NCBI RefSeq assembly: GCF_044324785.1
Contig: NZ_CP172127.1
Length of the DNA: 64,000 bases
Source of the DNA: Escherichia coli
Lineage (GTDB): Bacteria; Pseudomonadota; Gammaproteobacteria; Enterobacterales; Enterobacteriaceae
Reading direction: 5' to 3' (one strand)
Shown: positions 43,533 through 56,549 of the stretch, piece after piece
Numbering within the stretch: position 1 is the stretch's first letter
Layout of the letters: every line of letters begins with the position of its first letter
The notes under the pieces: generated by a model
What the model saw: the letters and a program-made list of their open reading frames with translations, nothing else
The model's database searches: none
What the model was told of the DNA's origin: nothing
Program-made: the position numbers and the translations under genes

Positions 43533-44764
43533 TACCCTTCGTGCGAATTTCCCATCTGTTTATCTTTTAAAAAGATAACCATCAGCAACAGCCACAAAAT
43601 TCCGTTGACAAGGTTGAAGAGATTAAACAGTCCGTTGCCCCCGTTCAGCCAGGCATGTTTGCTGATTTCAATACCGACGGTAAAGATCAGCATTTGCAGC
43701 ATCCCCATCGCCGCAGAAACCGTACCTTTACTCATATCGCTGGCAAACAGGGTTAATCGCACCAGTCCCGCATTCGCCAGACCAATACCGAAAGCATAAA
43801 GACTTAACCCGGCGGTCATCCATAAATACGCGTGCGATGAGATAACCGTTGCCGCAGCAGCGACCAACAGACCAATCATAATCGGCCAGCCGCCCATAAT
43901 AATCAGCGAACGTACGGTGCGACGCGAGGTCAGACGCGCTAACAGCAAGTTACCCGCTATTAACGACCCGAAAATAGGCACTTGCAGCAAGCCATATTCA
44001 TAGCTGCTCAACTGCTCACCGGTAATGATGATAATTGGCGACTGGGCGATCCACGCCAGCAACGGCAGGCTAACGAATCCCAGCGCCAGCGCCCCCGCAA
44101 CAAAGCGACCGTTCTTCAGCACCAGCTTATAGTCACGACCGAGTTCTTTCAGCGACAGTTTCTCGCCTATACGCGTGGCGGTTTCAGGCATGGCTCGTTG
44201 CAGACCGAAAAAGGAGATCGCTGCCAATGCGGCAAACAAGACAAACATCCCCTCCCAGGGCAGCACATGGATCCACGCCGCGCCCACCAGCGGACCAAGT
44301 AGCGGAGCAATCAGCGCCACGTTCGCCATCAGCGCGGTGATCTTGATACAAACCGCCTCTTCGAAGGATTCCTGAATTGCGGCGTATCCCACAGCGCCAA
44401 TGAAACAGAGGCTTATGCCCTGCAAGAAGCGCAACAGGGTGAATTGTTCAATATTTTGCGCCAGTAATATTGCCAGACAGGTGACAATAAACCAAACCAC
44501 TCCCGCCAGCATCACCGGACGGCGACCAATACGATCCGACAGCGGCCCCAGGAGCCATTGTAAAAACATCCCGCCCGCCAGATATGCGGTCATCGAAGTA
44601 GGAACCCAATCAATGCCCGCCTGATATTGTTCCACCACGGCCAACATACCGGGTTGAATCATATCGTTGCCGATATAGGTTGAAAATTCGTAAAGCACCA
44701 GACAGAGAGGGAAAAGTAACGCCTGACGTCCAAGCCTGGCACCGGAAGCTAATTTATTTTGCAT
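43532..44764 (-). CDS. mdfA: Multidrug efflux MFS transporter MdfA/Cmr (410 aa)
   Basis: Start [20 protein letters not shown]. Confidence 0.95.
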   Translation of the reverse strand: MQNKLASGARLGRQALLFPLCLVLYEFSTYIGNDMIQPGMLAVVEQYQAGIDWVPTSMTAYLAGGMFLQWLLGPLSDRIGRRPVMLAGVVWFIVTCLAILLAQNIEQFTLLRFLQGISLCFIGAVGYAAIQESFEEAVCIKITALMANVALIAPLLGPLVGAAWIHVLPWEGMFVLFAALAAISFFGLQRAMPETATRIGEKLSLKELGRDYKLVLKNGRFVAGALALGFVSLPLLAWIAQSPIIIITGEQLSSYEYGLLQVPIFGSLIAGNLLLARLTSRRTVRSLIIMGGWPIMIGLLVAAAATVISSHAYLWMTAGLSLYAFGIGLANAGLVRLTLFASDMSKGTVSAAMGMLQMLIFTVGIEISKHAWLNGGNGLFNLFNLVNGILWLLLMVIFLKDKQMGNSHEG

Positions 44765-45048
44765 GCAATTTCTTCGCCAATAATAATCGCGCAAAGTTTA
44801 ATAAAAGCGCAGCTAACGAGAAAGCGAATTTTGTAGCTGAAACCACGGTTAAGCACATTCTTACATTATTGCGAGTATAGCTACGCTTTCTTTAAGTTTT
44901 ATTTAACCTATGCCCGTTACAATCACCCACCGTAAACAGGCCGCTTGAGGGAAATAAGACGATGCCGCTTTACCCAGTTTAACCTGCACTTTATTCTCAA
45001 CGACTTGCCTGTATTGGCTCCCTTTTAATCACTTTGCGTCGGGAAGTT

Positions 45049-45645
45049 ATGCTGGAAAATTTGAATCTCTCTCTATTCTCTCTTATTAACGCGACGCCAG
45101 ACTCTGCGCCGTGGATGATCTCGTTGGCGATTTTTATTGCTAAAGATTTGATTACCGTGGTACCGCTGCTGGCCGCAGTACTTTGGTTGTGGGGGCTTAC
45201 AGCACAACGGCAACTGGTGATAAAAATCGCTATCGCGCTGGCGGTCAGCCTGTTTGTGTCCTGGACGATGGGGCATCTTTTTCCGCACGACCGACCCTTT
45301 GTCGAAAATATCGGCTATAACTTCCTGCATCATGCAGCGGATGACTCATTCCCGAGCGATCACGGTACAGTGATTTTCACCTTTGCACTGGCATTTTTAT
45401 GCTGGCATCGCCTGTGGTCCGGCTTACTTTTAATGGTGCTGGCCGTCGTCATTGCCTGGTCGCGCGTTTATCTTGGCGTCCACTGGCCGCTGGATATGCT
45501 CGGTGGATTGCTGGCAGGTATGATTGGCTGCCTTAGCGCTCAGATTATCTGGCAAGCGTTTGGGCATAAACTCTATCAACGTCTGCAATCGTGGTATCGC
45601 TTCTGTTTTGCATTACCGATCCGCAAAGGCTGGGTGCGTGACTGA
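45049..45645 (+). CDS. ybjG: Undecaprenyl-diphosphate phosphatase YbjG (PAP2 family; 198 aa)
   Basis: PAP2 motifs (PSDH, SRVYLGVHWPLD). Confidence 0.93.
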   Translation: MLENLNLSLFSLINATPDSAPWMISLAIFIAKDLITVVPLLAAVLWLWGLTAQRQLVIKIAIALAVSLFVSWTMGHLFPHDRPFVENIGYNFLHHAADDSFPSDHGTVIFTFALAFLCWHRLWSGLLLMVLAVVIAWSRVYLGVHWPLDMLGGLLAGMIGCLSAQIIWQAFGHKLYQRLQSWYRFCFALPIRKGWVRD

Positions 45646-45702
45646 TCTCTGCTAAAAAGTGTAGTATTGAGCGGCTCGCTTCAATAACTATTCAGAGGGA
45701 TT

Positions 45703-46461
45703 ATGGAAACACGTCGCGAAGAGCGTATCGGGCAGCTGCTGCAAGAATTAAAACGCAGCGATAAGTTACATCTTAAAGACGCCGCCGCCCTGCTTGGGGT
45801 TTCGGAGATGACGATTCGTCGCGATCTGAACAACCACAGTGCGCCCGTCGTTTTGCTCGGCGGCTATATTGTTCTGGAACCACGCAGCGCCAGCCATTAC
45901 CTGTTAAGCGATCAAAAATCCCGCCTGGTGGAAGAAAAACGCCGGGCGGCAAAACTGGCTGCGACGCTGGTAGAACCCGATCAGACCCTCTTTTTTGACT
46001 GTGGCACCACCACACCGTGGATTATTGAAGCGATTGATAATGAAATCCCTTTTACCGCCGTTTGTTATTCGCTAAATACCTTTCTGGCGCTGAAAGAGAA
46101 ACCCCATTGCCGCGCGTTTCTTTGCGGTGGTGAATTTCACGCCAGCAACGCCATTTTCAAACCCATCGATTTTCAGCAAACGCTGAATAATTTTTGCCCG
46201 GATATCGCTTTTTATTCCGCTGCGGGCGTGCATGTCAGTAAGGGCGCTACCTGTTTTAATCTTGAAGAGTTGCCGGTAAAACACTGGGCCATGTCGATGG
46301 CGCAAAAGCATGTGCTGGTTGTCGACCACAGTAAATTTGGCAAGGTGCGTCCGGCGCGCATGGGTGACCTGAAACGCTTTGATATTATGGTGAGCGATTG
46401 TTGCCCGGAAGATGAATATGTGAAGTACGCGCAGACGCAGCGTATTAAGTTGATGTATTAA
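45703..46461 (+). CDS. deoR: Deoxyribose operon repressor DeoR (252 aa)
   Basis: N-terminal helix-turn-helix; 252 aa. Confidence 0.95.
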   Translation: METRREERIGQLLQELKRSDKLHLKDAAALLGVSEMTIRRDLNNHSAPVVLLGGYIVLEPRSASHYLLSDQKSRLVEEKRRAAKLAATLVEPDQTLFFDCGTTTPWIIEAIDNEIPFTAVCYSLNTFLALKEKPHCRAFLCGGEFHASNAIFKPIDFQQTLNNFCPDIAFYSAAGVHVSKGATCFNLEELPVKHWAMSMAQKHVLVVDHSKFGKVRPARMGDLKRFDIMVSDCCPEDEYVKYAQTQRIKLMY

Positions 46462-46469
46462 TGACGTAT

Positions 46470-46498
46470 AACCGGATGACGTTTCGCGCCATCCGGTT
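46470..46498. terminator. Palindromic hairpin between deoR and dacC (terminator or REP-like)
   Basis: aaccggatg...catccggtt inverted repeat; no clear T-run on either strand. Confidence 0.4.
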
Positions 46499-46507
46499 AT
46501 CACAAAA

Positions 46508-47710
46508 TTAAGAGAACCAGCTGCCGAACCACTGATGGAATTTCATCATCACGAAATCCCACATCCGACCAAAGAATCCGCCCTCTTCCACATTTTCCAT
46601 CACGATCAGCGGACGCTGCTCAATGGATTTACCGTTAAGCTGGAAATCAATGGTCCCGACAACCTGACCTTTTTTCAGCGGTGCGGTAAGCTGCGGTTCC
46701 GTTAACGTATAACTCGCTTTCAGGTTTTTCAGCTGCCCACGCGGTATGGTCACTGAGCCCGCTTCACCTGCCCCGAGATTCACTTCGCTCTTATCACCAA
46801 ACCAGACGCGCTGAGTCACAAAGGTGGCATCAGGTTTAATTGGCGTCACGGTTTCAAAGAAGCGGAAACCCCAGGTCAATAATTTCTCAGACTCATTAAA
46901 ACGGATACGGTCGGTTTTCGCCCCCAGCACTACGGAGATTAAACGCATATCGCCCTGGGTAGCCGAAGCAACCAGATTATATCCCGCGCCTGCCGTGGTT
47001 CCTGTCTTCATGCCATCAACATTCAGGTTGCTGCTCCACAGCAGACGGTTACGGTTAGGCTGACGAATTTTGTTGAAGGTGAACTCTTTCTCTTTATGAA
47101 TGGCGTACTCTTCCGGCACATCGTGGATCAATGCTTTACCCAGCAATGCCATATCGCGCGCGGTACTGAACTGCCCCGGCGCATCCAGACCGTGCACCGT
47201 CTGGAAGGTAGTGTTGGTGAGACCCAGTTTTTTGGCATAACCATTCATCAGACCAATAAATGACTCCTGACTCCCGGCAACGTAATCAGCCAGCGCAATG
47301 CAGGCGTCATTACCGGACTGGATAATCACACCTTTGTTCAGGTCTGCCACCGAAACCTGATCGCCCGGTTTGAGGAACATTACCGATGAACCACGCAGTG
47401 CCGGATTTCCCGTCGCCCAGGCATCTTTACCGACCGTCACCATATCGGTGAGTTTAATCTTATCGGCCTTAAGCGCCTGCCCAACCACATAGCTGGTCAT
47501 GATTTTAGTCAGGCTTGCGGGATCCAGTTTCTCATCCGCATTGCCTTCTGCCAGCACTTTACCGCTGGCGTAATCCATTAAAATCCATGCACGCGCATCC
47601 ACGCTCGGCGCTTCAACGGTTTGTTCCGCCGCGAATGCCGTTGGGGCAAAAAGGAATAAAAATGCAGAACCCGCTGCAAGACCACGAAGGAGAGAGGAGT
47701 ATTGCGTCAT
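46508..47710 (-). CDS. dacC: D-alanyl-D-alanine carboxypeptidase DacC (PBP6; 400 aa)
   Basis: Active-site SLTK motif; signal peptide. Confidence 0.95.
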   Translation of the reverse strand: MTQYSSLLRGLAAGSAFLFLFAPTAFAAEQTVEAPSVDARAWILMDYASGKVLAEGNADEKLDPASLTKIMTSYVVGQALKADKIKLTDMVTVGKDAWATGNPALRGSSVMFLKPGDQVSVADLNKGVIIQSGNDACIALADYVAGSQESFIGLMNGYAKKLGLTNTTFQTVHGLDAPGQFSTARDMALLGKALIHDVPEEYAIHKEKEFTFNKIRQPNRNRLLWSSNLNVDGMKTGTTAGAGYNLVASATQGDMRLISVVLGAKTDRIRFNESEKLLTWGFRFFETVTPIKPDATFVTQRVWFGDKSEVNLGAGEAGSVTIPRGQLKNLKASYTLTEPQLTAPLKKGQVVGTIDFQLNGKSIEQRPLIVMENVEEGGFFGRMWDFVMMKFHQWFGSWFS

Positions 47711-47956
47711 AAATGCCACCCGAGTATCCATTCAAAAAAAATACGTTATATCGCCGTATGATAAGTTCGGTGATTAATAACGCACACACAAACTTAAAGA
47801 AACCGTAAGTTGGTAAAGTTTTTAAAGTTTATGCAATATCCTGCCGCTTCGCTGCTTCTGGTGTCATTTTTTTGCCAGCTGTTGCTTAAAAGTTAACTTT
47901 ACTTCACCATCGGAGTCCTGTTCAGCCTGTGGCTGCCTGTCGGAAAAGGGGTGAGT

Positions 47957-48583
47957 ATGATTACGCTGTGGGGTCGGAATAATTCAACCAACGTAAAAAA
48001 AGTATTGCTGACGCTCGAAGAACTGGAACTACCTTATGAGCAAATTCTCGCGGGCCGTGAGTTTGGGATAAATCACGATGCTGATTTTCTGGCGATGAAC
48101 CCTAACGGGCTGGTGCCATTGTTGCGTGACGACGAAAGTGATCTCATTCTTTGGGAATCAAACGCCATTGTCCGCTATCTGGCGGCACAGTACGGGCAAA
48201 AACGCCTGTGGATAGACTCACCGGCACGTCGTGCGGAAGCAGAAAAATGGATGGACTGGGCAAACCAGACGCTCAGTAATGCTCATCGCGGGATCCTGAT
48301 GGGATTAGTCAGAACACCACCGGAAGAGCGCGATCAGGCCGCCATTGATGCCAGTTGCAAAGAGTGCGACGCCCTGTTTGCCCTGCTCGATGCGGAACTG
48401 GCAAAAGTAAAATGGTTCTCTGGCGACGAGTTTGGTGTGGGCGATATCGCTATCGCTCCGTTCATCTACAATTTGTTTAACGTTGGCCTGACCTGGACAC
48501 CACGTTCAAATCTGCAACGCTGGTATCAGCAACTCACTGAACGCCCCGCAGTGCGCAAAGTGGTGATGATTCCCGTTAGCTAA
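47957..48583 (+). CDS. gstB: Glutathione S-transferase GstB/YliJ (208 aa)
   Basis: GST fold; start [13 protein letters not shown]. Confidence 0.94.
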   Translation: MITLWGRNNSTNVKKVLLTLEELELPYEQILAGREFGINHDADFLAMNPNGLVPLLRDDESDLILWESNAIVRYLAAQYGQKRLWIDSPARRAEAEKWMDWANQTLSNAHRGILMGLVRTPPEERDQAAIDASCKECDALFALLDAELAKVKWFSGDEFGVGDIAIAPFIYNLFNVGLTWTPRSNLQRWYQQLTERPAVRKVVMIPVS

Positions 48584-49695
48584 TTGCGTGGGCTAACTTT
48601 AAGTAATTCCCCACTGGACTCGTCGGTGAGAACGTATAAATAACCGTCGGGTCCAGTGCGAACATCACGAATTCGCTGCCCTCTGTCCGTTAAAATACGG
48701 CCATCTTCTGTCACTTTGTCGCCGTTGACGCTCATCACAATGACATCTTTATCTTTCAGCGCGCCAATAAATAATTTTTGCTGCCACTGGGGGAATTTAT
48801 CGCTGTTATAGAAGGCCATGCCGCTCACGGCGGGCGAATCTTTCCAGTAAAAAACAGGTTGCTCGGTCCCGGCGACGATCTCCCCTTTCGCTTCCGGTAT
48901 CTTAAAGCCCGAATAGTTGATTCCCCAGGTTGCCAGCGGCCAGCCGTAGTTTTTGCCTTTTTGCGGGATATTAATTTCATCACCACCGCGCGGGCCATGT
49001 TCATTCAGCCACAGTGCATTACTCCACGGATTCATCGCCATTCCTTGCGGATTACGAATGCCATAAGACCAGATCTCGGCGCGCACACCGGATTCCTTTA
49101 CAAAAGGATTATCATCCGGGATTTCGCCCAGGTCGGTCAGACGCACCAGTTTGCCCTGTAATTTATCCAGATCCTGCGCCGTCGGGCGCTGATTGTTTTC
49201 GCCCAGAGCAATAAAAAGATAACCTTTACCGTCGAATACCAGCCGCCCGCCAAAATGGTTGCCGGTAGACAGTTTTGGCATCTGGCGAAAGACGGTGCGG
49301 AAGTCGGTCACTTTTGATAGATCATCACTTAAGCGGCCATAACCCACAGCAGTTCCGGCTTTGCCATCATCGCCAACTTCGGAATAACTTAACCAGATGC
49401 GGCGAGACTGAGCAAAATCAGGCGCTAAAACCACGTCCAGCAGGCCGCCCTGCCCGCGCGCCCAAACGTCCGGCACTCCGGAAAGCGGCGCAGATAATCC
49501 TTTTCCTGCTTGCCAGTGACGCAACTCGCCGCCGCGCAGAGTGATTAACATACCGTGATTATTGGGTAAAAAGGCCAGCGCCCAGGGATGGTCGAGTTTG
49601 TCTTGCAGTACTTCGACATTTACCGTTGCTGGAGCCGCCCAGAGAGCGGAAGAAAGACAAATAAGGGGCACAGAGAAAAAGAATTGTCGATGCAT
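48580..49695 (-). CDS. yliI: Soluble aldose sugar dehydrogenase YliI (PQQ-dependent; 371 aa)
   Basis: Signal peptide; 371 aa; stop overlaps the convergent gstB stop. Confidence 0.94.
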   Translation of the reverse strand: MHRQFFFSVPLICLSSALWAAPATVNVEVLQDKLDHPWALAFLPNNHGMLITLRGGELRHWQAGKGLSAPLSGVPDVWARGQGGLLDVVLAPDFAQSRRIWLSYSEVGDDGKAGTAVGYGRLSDDLSKVTDFRTVFRQMPKLSTGNHFGGRLVFDGKGYLFIALGENNQRPTAQDLDKLQGKLVRLTDLGEIPDDNPFVKESGVRAEIWSYGIRNPQGMAMNPWSNALWLNEHGPRGGDEINIPQKGKNYGWPLATWGINYSGFKIPEAKGEIVAGTEQPVFYWKDSPAVSGMAFYNSDKFPQWQQKLFIGALKDKDVIVMSVNGDKVTEDGRILTDRGQRIRDVRTGPDGYLYVLTDESSGELLKVSPRN

Positions 49696-49805
49696 AACGC
49701 CTCCGGATTGACTCTGGCTTAAAGCGTAGTCAGTGGAGGAGATAACAAATTCATTTTTACAAAAACTTAAACATGAAGGGGGAGACGCTTTCTCCCCCTT
49801 AGTTT

Positions 49806-50189
49806 TCAGGCCTTCTCAAGCATGGCGTGCTTCTGCAGGCTCTGGATACTCAGCGTTAAGCTCATCAGACAATTTTCAAGCTTATCGGCGTTGACGGTAA
49901 TAACAGTCGGGCAATCATGGTGCCCACTCATCAAACATACTGCGGCTGTCGCTAATGCTTCTTCAGCATGATGAAGAGCACTCCACTCTTCCTGATCCAG
50001 ATGAAGATTCAACCGCAGCGATTTATCGTGCAGTTCGCGATTCAGTTTAAAAAAGTTATCTCGTAGATGATTGCTTTCGCTGACGGACATGTATCCTTTT
50101 GCCTTCCTCAGTTGCACGTATGCGGCGAGGTCAACGCGTGCGTCGATCAACCGGTTCAGCAGATCGATTCGCTGTCTGTCAACGAACAT
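49806..50189 (-). CDS. bssR: Biofilm regulator BssR/YliH (127 aa)
   Basis: Start MFVDRQRIDLLNRL; 127 aa. Confidence 0.92.
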   Translation of the reverse strand: MFVDRQRIDLLNRLIDARVDLAAYVQLRKAKGYMSVSESNHLRDNFFKLNRELHDKSLRLNLHLDQEEWSALHHAEEALATAAVCLMSGHHDCPTVITVNADKLENCLMSLTLSIQSLQKHAMLEKA

Positions 50190-50401
50190 ACTTCGATCCT
50201 CCTCTTTCCAGCCTTGTTGCAATTAAATAGTATGGCTATTTTTTGAGCAAAATGCTGTCCAGGATCAATTCTTCACGCCGAATTAACAAAATTTACATTT
50301 CCTTCGCCTCCGCCAGTGAATGAGATTGCGATACAAATTTTATCCAGAACTCTGTAGAATCCCTGCCCTGACCTTTCCTGTAACTGAATATTTTTTAAGC
50401 T

Positions 50402-51727
50402 ATGAGCAAAGTAACTCCCCAGCCGAAAATCGGCTTTGTTTCCCTTGGCTGTCCGAAAAACCTTGTTGATTCAGAGCGTATTCTCACCGAACTACGCACT
50501 GAAGGTTATGACGTGGTACCGAGCTATGACGATGCGGACATGGTGATCGTCAACACCTGCGGCTTTATTGACAGCGCGGTACAAGAATCACTGGAAGCCA
50601 TTGGTGAAGCGTTGAATGAAAACGGCAAGGTAATTGTGACCGGTTGTCTGGGGGCAAAAGAAGATCAGATCCGCGAAGTCCACCCGAAAGTGCTGGAAAT
50701 CACCGGGCCTCATAGCTATGAGCAGGTTCTGGAGCACGTTCATCACTACGTGCCAAAACCGAAACACAACCCATTCCTGAGCCTGGTGCCAGAACAAGGC
50801 GTGAAACTGACGCCGCGTCATTATGCCTATCTGAAAATTTCTGAAGGCTGTAATCACCGCTGCACCTTCTGCATTATTCCGTCTATGCGCGGCGACCTGG
50901 TGAGCCGTCCGATTGGCGAAGTGTTAAGTGAAGCGAAACGCCTGGTAGATGCGGGCGTTAAAGAGATTCTGGTGATCTCGCAGGATACTTCCGCCTATGG
51001 CGTCGATGTTAAACATCGTACTGGCTTCCACAACGGCGAGCCGGTAAAAACCAGCATGGTCAGCCTGTGCGAACAGTTATCGAAACTGGGGATCTGGACA
51101 CGTCTGCACTACGTTTACCCTTATCCGCATGTGGACGACGTCATCCCACTGATGGCAGAAGGCAAAATCCTGCCGTATCTGGACATTCCGTTGCAGCACG
51201 CCAGCCCGCGCATTCTCAAACTGATGAAGCGTCCGGGTTCTGTAGATCGCCAACTGGCGCGCATCAAACAGTGGCGCGAAATCTGCCCGGAACTGACCCT
51301 ACGCTCAACCTTTATTGTCGGCTTCCCTGGCGAGACGGAAGAAGATTTCCAGATGCTACTCGACTTCCTGAAAGAAGCGCGTCTGGATCGCGTTGGCTGC
51401 TTTAAATACAGCCCGGTTGAAGGTGCAGACGCCAATGCCCTGCCTGACCAGGTTCCGGAAGAAGTGAAAGAAGAACGCTGGAACCGTTTCATGCAGCTGC
51501 AGCAGCAGATTTCCGCCGAGCGCCTGCAAGAGAAAGTGGGCCGTGAAATTCTGGTGATTATCGACGAAGTGGACGAAGAAGGCGCGATTGGTCGCAGCAT
51601 GGCAGATGCACCGGAAATCGACGGCGCGGTTTATCTCAATGGTGAAACCAACGTTAAGCCAGGTGATATCCTGCGTGTGAAAGTCGAGCACGCCGATGAG
51701 TACGATTTGTGGGGTAGCCGGGTTTAA
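50402..51727 (+). CDS. rimO: Ribosomal protein S12 methylthiotransferase RimO (radical SAM; 441 aa)
   Basis: Radical-SAM motif CNHRCTFC; 441 aa. Confidence 0.96.
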
Positions 51728-51733
51728 TTAATT

Positions 51734-51763
51734 CAGGCCGGGCAAAATCATTTGTCCGGCCTG
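51734..51763. terminator. Hairpin between convergent rimO and dgcI
   Basis: caggccgg...ccggcctg inverted repeat; weak U-tract. Confidence 0.4.
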
Positions 51764-51773
51764 CGAATAATGA

Positions 51774-53102
51774 TTACTGCCAGCTAATCTGAGCCCTGCC
51801 GTTTTTCTTACTCTTATACAACCGCTCATCCGCCAGCATTTTCAAGCGTTCGACGGTAGGACATTCATTTGAATGCGCTACACCGATACTGGTGCTTAAA
51901 TTAATGCTTCCCACCTGGAAATGAACGATTTCTTTTAGAATCGATAGCAACTCTTCCAGCGTTCCACCCGTATAAATCACCGCAAATTCGTCACCGCCGA
52001 AGCGGTAGACTTTACCTTTATCTACCGGGATCTGTGATTTAAGGATTTTCACCACTTTCATCAACACTTCATCGCCCAGCAAATGACCGAAGGTGTCGTT
52101 GATGTTTTTGAATTTATCGACGTCAAACAGGCACAAATAACCGCCTTTTTCCGGTAGCGCTTTTAAATCTTCGTCAAAGGATTTTCTGCCCATCGCTTTG
52201 GTCAGGTCGTCCAGGAACGCCGAGTTATACATACTGTAGAGTTTTTTGACATCGGCAGCTGAAAAGAAAAGCCCGCCATCCAGTACGCGTTCAAAATGGT
52301 TATTAATAATGGCTTCTTTCTCCACAATACCACGATTAATCACTCTGCGTACCAGATAGAGGCAACTGGCACCCGATATCACAGCCACCAATGCGGCAAA
52401 GAAAATAATCAACGTACAAACCCGCAAATAAACATCTTTTTTATACGCAAATACGTACAATCCGGTCGGCAAATAGGAGAAGTGCTCCATCGCTTCCGAA
52501 ACGGTGAAGATGGCGTTTTTAGCATTATATTCATCACCGGTCACCGGTTTACCGTTCTTAAACAGAGAGAACATCAGGTTCTCGCTATCCATCGCCAGTG
52601 ATTTTGACAGTAAAGAAAAACGCTCCAGACCAAGCAAAAATATCAGACTGCGATTGTGGGTTACCGGATAGAGGTAATAGACGAAGGTTTTACCGTCAAA
52701 AGAGATAAACCCTGTATTTTTGACATGTCGATACTTCACAACCTGCATAATATCTGCACAATAATTTTTCTCGAACTCCTTTACCTGAATACATTCGTCA
52801 CTGAAAATCAGATAAGGACCGACATCGTACAAATAAGAGGGTGAAACCGAGTCGGCGTAAGCTGTGCGCAAACCAACCAACAGCTGTTCCTCCGTGGGGT
52901 TTAGCGTGTTGATGAGATCAATTGCCACGCTACGCCGATATTCAGCAATATTTGCCACCGCAAAAGCAGTATCAATAACGGACTGTTTCAGGCCATACAC
53001 CCGTTCCTTTACCATTTGAGTGTAGATCCCGCAGGCAACTGCTGAAATCATGATAAAAATCAGCAGACTGACTGTAAGTACGAACTTATTGATTCTGGAC
53101 AT
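51774..53102 (-). CDS. dgcI: Diguanylate cyclase DgcI/YliF (442 aa)
   Basis: Intact GGDEF active site (RFGGDEFAV); two transmembrane segments flanking a periplasmic domain. Confidence 0.94.
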   Translation of the reverse strand: MSRINKFVLTVSLLIFIMISAVACGIYTQMVKERVYGLKQSVIDTAFAVANIAEYRRSVAIDLINTLNPTEEQLLVGLRTAYADSVSPSYLYDVGPYLIFSDECIQVKEFEKNYCADIMQVVKYRHVKNTGFISFDGKTFVYYLYPVTHNRSLIFLLGLERFSLLSKSLAMDSENLMFSLFKNGKPVTGDEYNAKNAIFTVSEAMEHFSYLPTGLYVFAYKKDVYLRVCTLIIFFAALVAVISGASCLYLVRRVINRGIVEKEAIINNHFERVLDGGLFFSAADVKKLYSMYNSAFLDDLTKAMGRKSFDEDLKALPEKGGYLCLFDVDKFKNINDTFGHLLGDEVLMKVVKILKSQIPVDKGKVYRFGGDEFAVIYTGGTLEELLSILKEIVHFQVGSINLSTSIGVAHSNECPTVERLKMLADERLYKSKKNGRAQISWQ

Positions 53103-53109
53103 ACGTAAA

Positions 53110-55458
53110 CTACTCTTTTACTAATTTTCCACTTTTATCCCAGGCGGAGAATGGCATGGGTTTCTGGTACAGATACCCCTGAGCCTGAACACATCCTAAT
53201 TTGATTAATTCGCGCGCAACGTCTTCGCTCTCTACGCCTTCCGCAATCACCGGGATCCGGTTATAGCGTGCCAGATCGAAAATAATGCGCACAATTTTTC
53301 CCGCAGTACCGAAAATATCGCCGGTAAATTGCGAGTCCACTTTTATGCTATCTGGATTAATTTCATAAAAACGTTTCAGGTTTGACAAACCGGTGCCAAA
53401 GTCATCAATCGATATCCGTACCCCTTGTTTACGCAGTTGTTCAATATTGAGATAAAAATGTTCATTAATTCGCTCGATCACGGTTTCAGTGATCTCAACA
53501 CAGAGGCTGTTCGCCTTCAGGCCATTTTCTTTCATGATGGTGGTAAAACGCTCATGAAAGTGCGGTTCGTTTAACTGCCAGGGCGAAACATTAATATGCA
53601 GTAAGAAATCATCCTTCAGCGATGCACGCTGACTAAAATGTCTGAATTCACCCATTGCCGTTTTAATAATCTGATAACCCAGCTCATTGATAAACCCGAT
53701 ATCTTCAGCAATGGTAATGAACTTCAGCGGTGAAATGATCCCCCGCTCCGCAGACACCCAACGGCACAACGCCTCCGCGCCCAGAATGGTGCGGGTGTTA
53801 ATATCAACGATCGGCTGATAGACCAGGAATAGTTCGCCAATTTCCATTGCATGGCGAATATTACGCGCAATCCAGATATTCTCTTCTATTTCGTTGAGTT
53901 TCGCGTCATCACAGAAAATAAACTCGGAGAACATATGATCACGGATACTGGAAATCGCCAGTTTCAGTTTTTCTGCGTAACTCCAGGCGTTTTCTCCCTG
54001 CAAAGGTTCACAAATGGCAGACTTATGGATGCGCAGATTGCGGTAGCCAAAGCTGCTGTCAAAATCGTTTACCATCGCTATTTTACGGGTAAATGTCTGT
54101 ACATTTTCCCGGCACAGAAGTAAATAGAGATCGGCATTAAATGTCACGATATCGCAGCATTGCGCATATTTCTCGGCAATTCGCTGACACAATTTCCTGA
54201 CGATTTTATTGCGTTCATCAACACCAAACACCGCTTCCACGGCTTCCAGACCACACAGTTTGATGATCCCCACAGCCAGATACTGATTATTGTTGGACTC
54301 AATAATCGCCATATTTTTAATAAAACCGCTTTCCTGATCGTAAGAGATCAGTGAGAGCAATTTATTTGACCGTTCAATTTCGGCATCTTTCATTTCCGCG
54401 ATCGAATTTTTGATGCTGATAATCTCTTTCGCATCGCCTTCGCGAATTTTCAGAGCCTCGATTTGATCCGTTGAGTCAGGCAAAAACGCCAGCGTATTAA
54501 CCAGCTCTGTCATTTCAGAAAATTGCCGACGGAACACACGAGTGGTCATTAAATAAACCACCAGCAATACGATAATAATGAAAGCAAACGGCAGATAAAA
54601 AAGTTTATCTGATGCGTTCAATAAATTACCACCAGGATAATAAAAATAGATTTCGAATAATGCGTTGTTTGGCACCGCTGATGTTTTTTCGATATATTCA
54701 GTATCGACAGAATCAATAATATTATAATTACCTTCGCTATTATAAATAATTAGTTTTTCACGAGCGAGTTGATTCTTGGCAATGATCTCATGGCCTTGTT
54801 TTAAAAATAGAACTTCATCATTAGCGCTGATTTGATCAAGATACTAGTTCAGATATCGCCAGTTTAAATCGACATGAATTTTATCCACCGCTAACAAATC
54901 GTGATCTTTGCCGTTGATGTGTAGCGTAAAAGAGATACATTTTTTACCCGGACGATCAAAGCAATTGTATGCCGGATTCCAGCTGTTGTTAGAGTCATCT
55001 GAAGCCATCGACCACGGTCGTTTCGATGGGTTAAAATCGGCAAAAATAACCCGCCCTGACTCGTCGACAAGCGGTCCATTTACTTGTTCCTGATGATAAA
55101 CAACGATTTTATCATTCGCCCTCCGCGAAAAAAGATAATATTTATTATCATCAAGTACCAGTCCCACCGAGTCTAAAAATGGCATCATTTCCATTTTAAG
55201 AATCACGGCGCGTTGAATCTCCTCTGTATTTTTTAATAAATACAGTGAGTCCTTTAATGTCAGGGCCGAACGTTCAATATCTTTAAAGAAATAGCCAACG
55301 TTTTTCTGAATAAGTTCAAAGCGGCTATCGGCACGTTTTACCGCGCGCTCCGATACCAGTTGATAGTTAATGATGAAAAAAAGACCAATAAATGACAGTG
55401 CTGCCAATAAAAATAAAATTATCAGCCTTATCTTTATCTTTTCGTATAAACTCAGCAT
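53110..55458 (-). pseudogene. pdeI: c-di-GMP phosphodiesterase PdeI/YliE interrupted by one in-frame TAG (codon 205; 54844-54846)
   Basis: Two same-frame ORFs (204 codons, TAG, 577 codons) add up to exactly the 782-codon K-12 length; the downstream part retains the EAL motif (GAEALCRW). Confidence 0.8.
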
Positions 55459-55635
55459 GTTAATACATTTAACAAAATAACTATCTGAACGCTGTGCCGC
55501 TGCAAAAATTGTCCCTTGCTGCGGCTTTTTAACCAAATTACCCGATTCTACAAAATCAGCAGAAAGTTACAACACTTGCTTAGGGCAATAATTTCCTGTG
55601 AGGTGATTACCCTTTCAAGCAATATTCAAACGTAA

Positions 55636-56547
55636 CTATCCTTTAATTTTCGGATCCAGCGCATCGCGTAAACCATCGCCCAACAAATTGAACGCCAGTA
55701 CGGTCAGAAAAATAGCCAGGGTCGGAAAAACAGCGACATGCGGCGCGATAACCATATCCGCTCGTGCCTCATTGAGCATTGCTCCCCACTCTGGTGTCGG
55801 CGGCTGCGCACCGAGGCCGAGAAATGACAGGCTGGCGGCAGAGATAATCGAGGTGCCGATGCGCATGGTGAAAAACACCACGATAGAAGAGACGGTCCCA
55901 GGCAAGATATGACGCAATAAAATGGTCATATCGCTGGCACCAATACTGCGTGCTGACTCAATAAAGGTTTGCTGTTTCAACACCAGCGTGTTGCCGCGCA
56001 CCAGGCGGGCAAACGCGGGGATGGAAAAAATGGCGACAGCGATAATCACGTTAGCAATGCCGCTTCCCAACACCGCAACAACAGCGATCGCCAGTAAAAT
56101 ACCCGGGAAGGCAAACAGCACATCGCAAATGCGCATGATTAGCCGATCTGACCAGCCTTCATAATATCCAGCAAGCAAGCCCAGCAACGTCCCGATCGCC
56201 GCACCGATAAACACGGCAAACACACCCGCCGCCAGTGAGATTTGCGCACCAACCAGGACACGGCTGAAAATGTCACGCCCGAGTGAATCGACGCCAAACC
56301 AGTGCTGCAAAGAAGGTCCGTTATTCAGATTGTCATAATCGAAATAATTTTCGGCGTCATAGGGAGCGATCCAGCGTGCAAAAATGGCCACTACAATCAA
56401 TAAAATAACGAATAATGCGGCGGTCATCGCCATATGCTGACGGCGAAATCGTCGCCAGAATTCATGCCACGGTGTACGTACCTGGTCAGGTTTGACCAGT
56501 GGCATGGCGTTTAACACCGCCTGACGTCGCCAGTTAAATAGTCGCAT
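55636..56547 (-). CDS. gsiD: Glutathione ABC transporter permease GsiD (303 aa)
   Basis: Polytopic permease of the DppC type. Confidence 0.94.
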   Translation of the reverse strand: MRLFNWRRQAVLNAMPLVKPDQVRTPWHEFWRRFRRQHMAMTAALFVILLIVVAIFARWIAPYDAENYFDYDNLNNGPSLQHWFGVDSLGRDIFSRVLVGAQISLAAGVFAVFIGAAIGTLLGLLAGYYEGWSDRLIMRICDVLFAFPGILLAIAVVAVLGSGIANVIIAVAIFSIPAFARLVRGNTLVLKQQTFIESARSIGASDMTILLRHILPGTVSSIVVFFTMRIGTSIISAASLSFLGLGAQPPTPEWGAMLNEARADMVIAPHVAVFPTLAIFLTVLAFNLLGDGLRDALDPKIKG

Positions 56548-56549
56548 CC

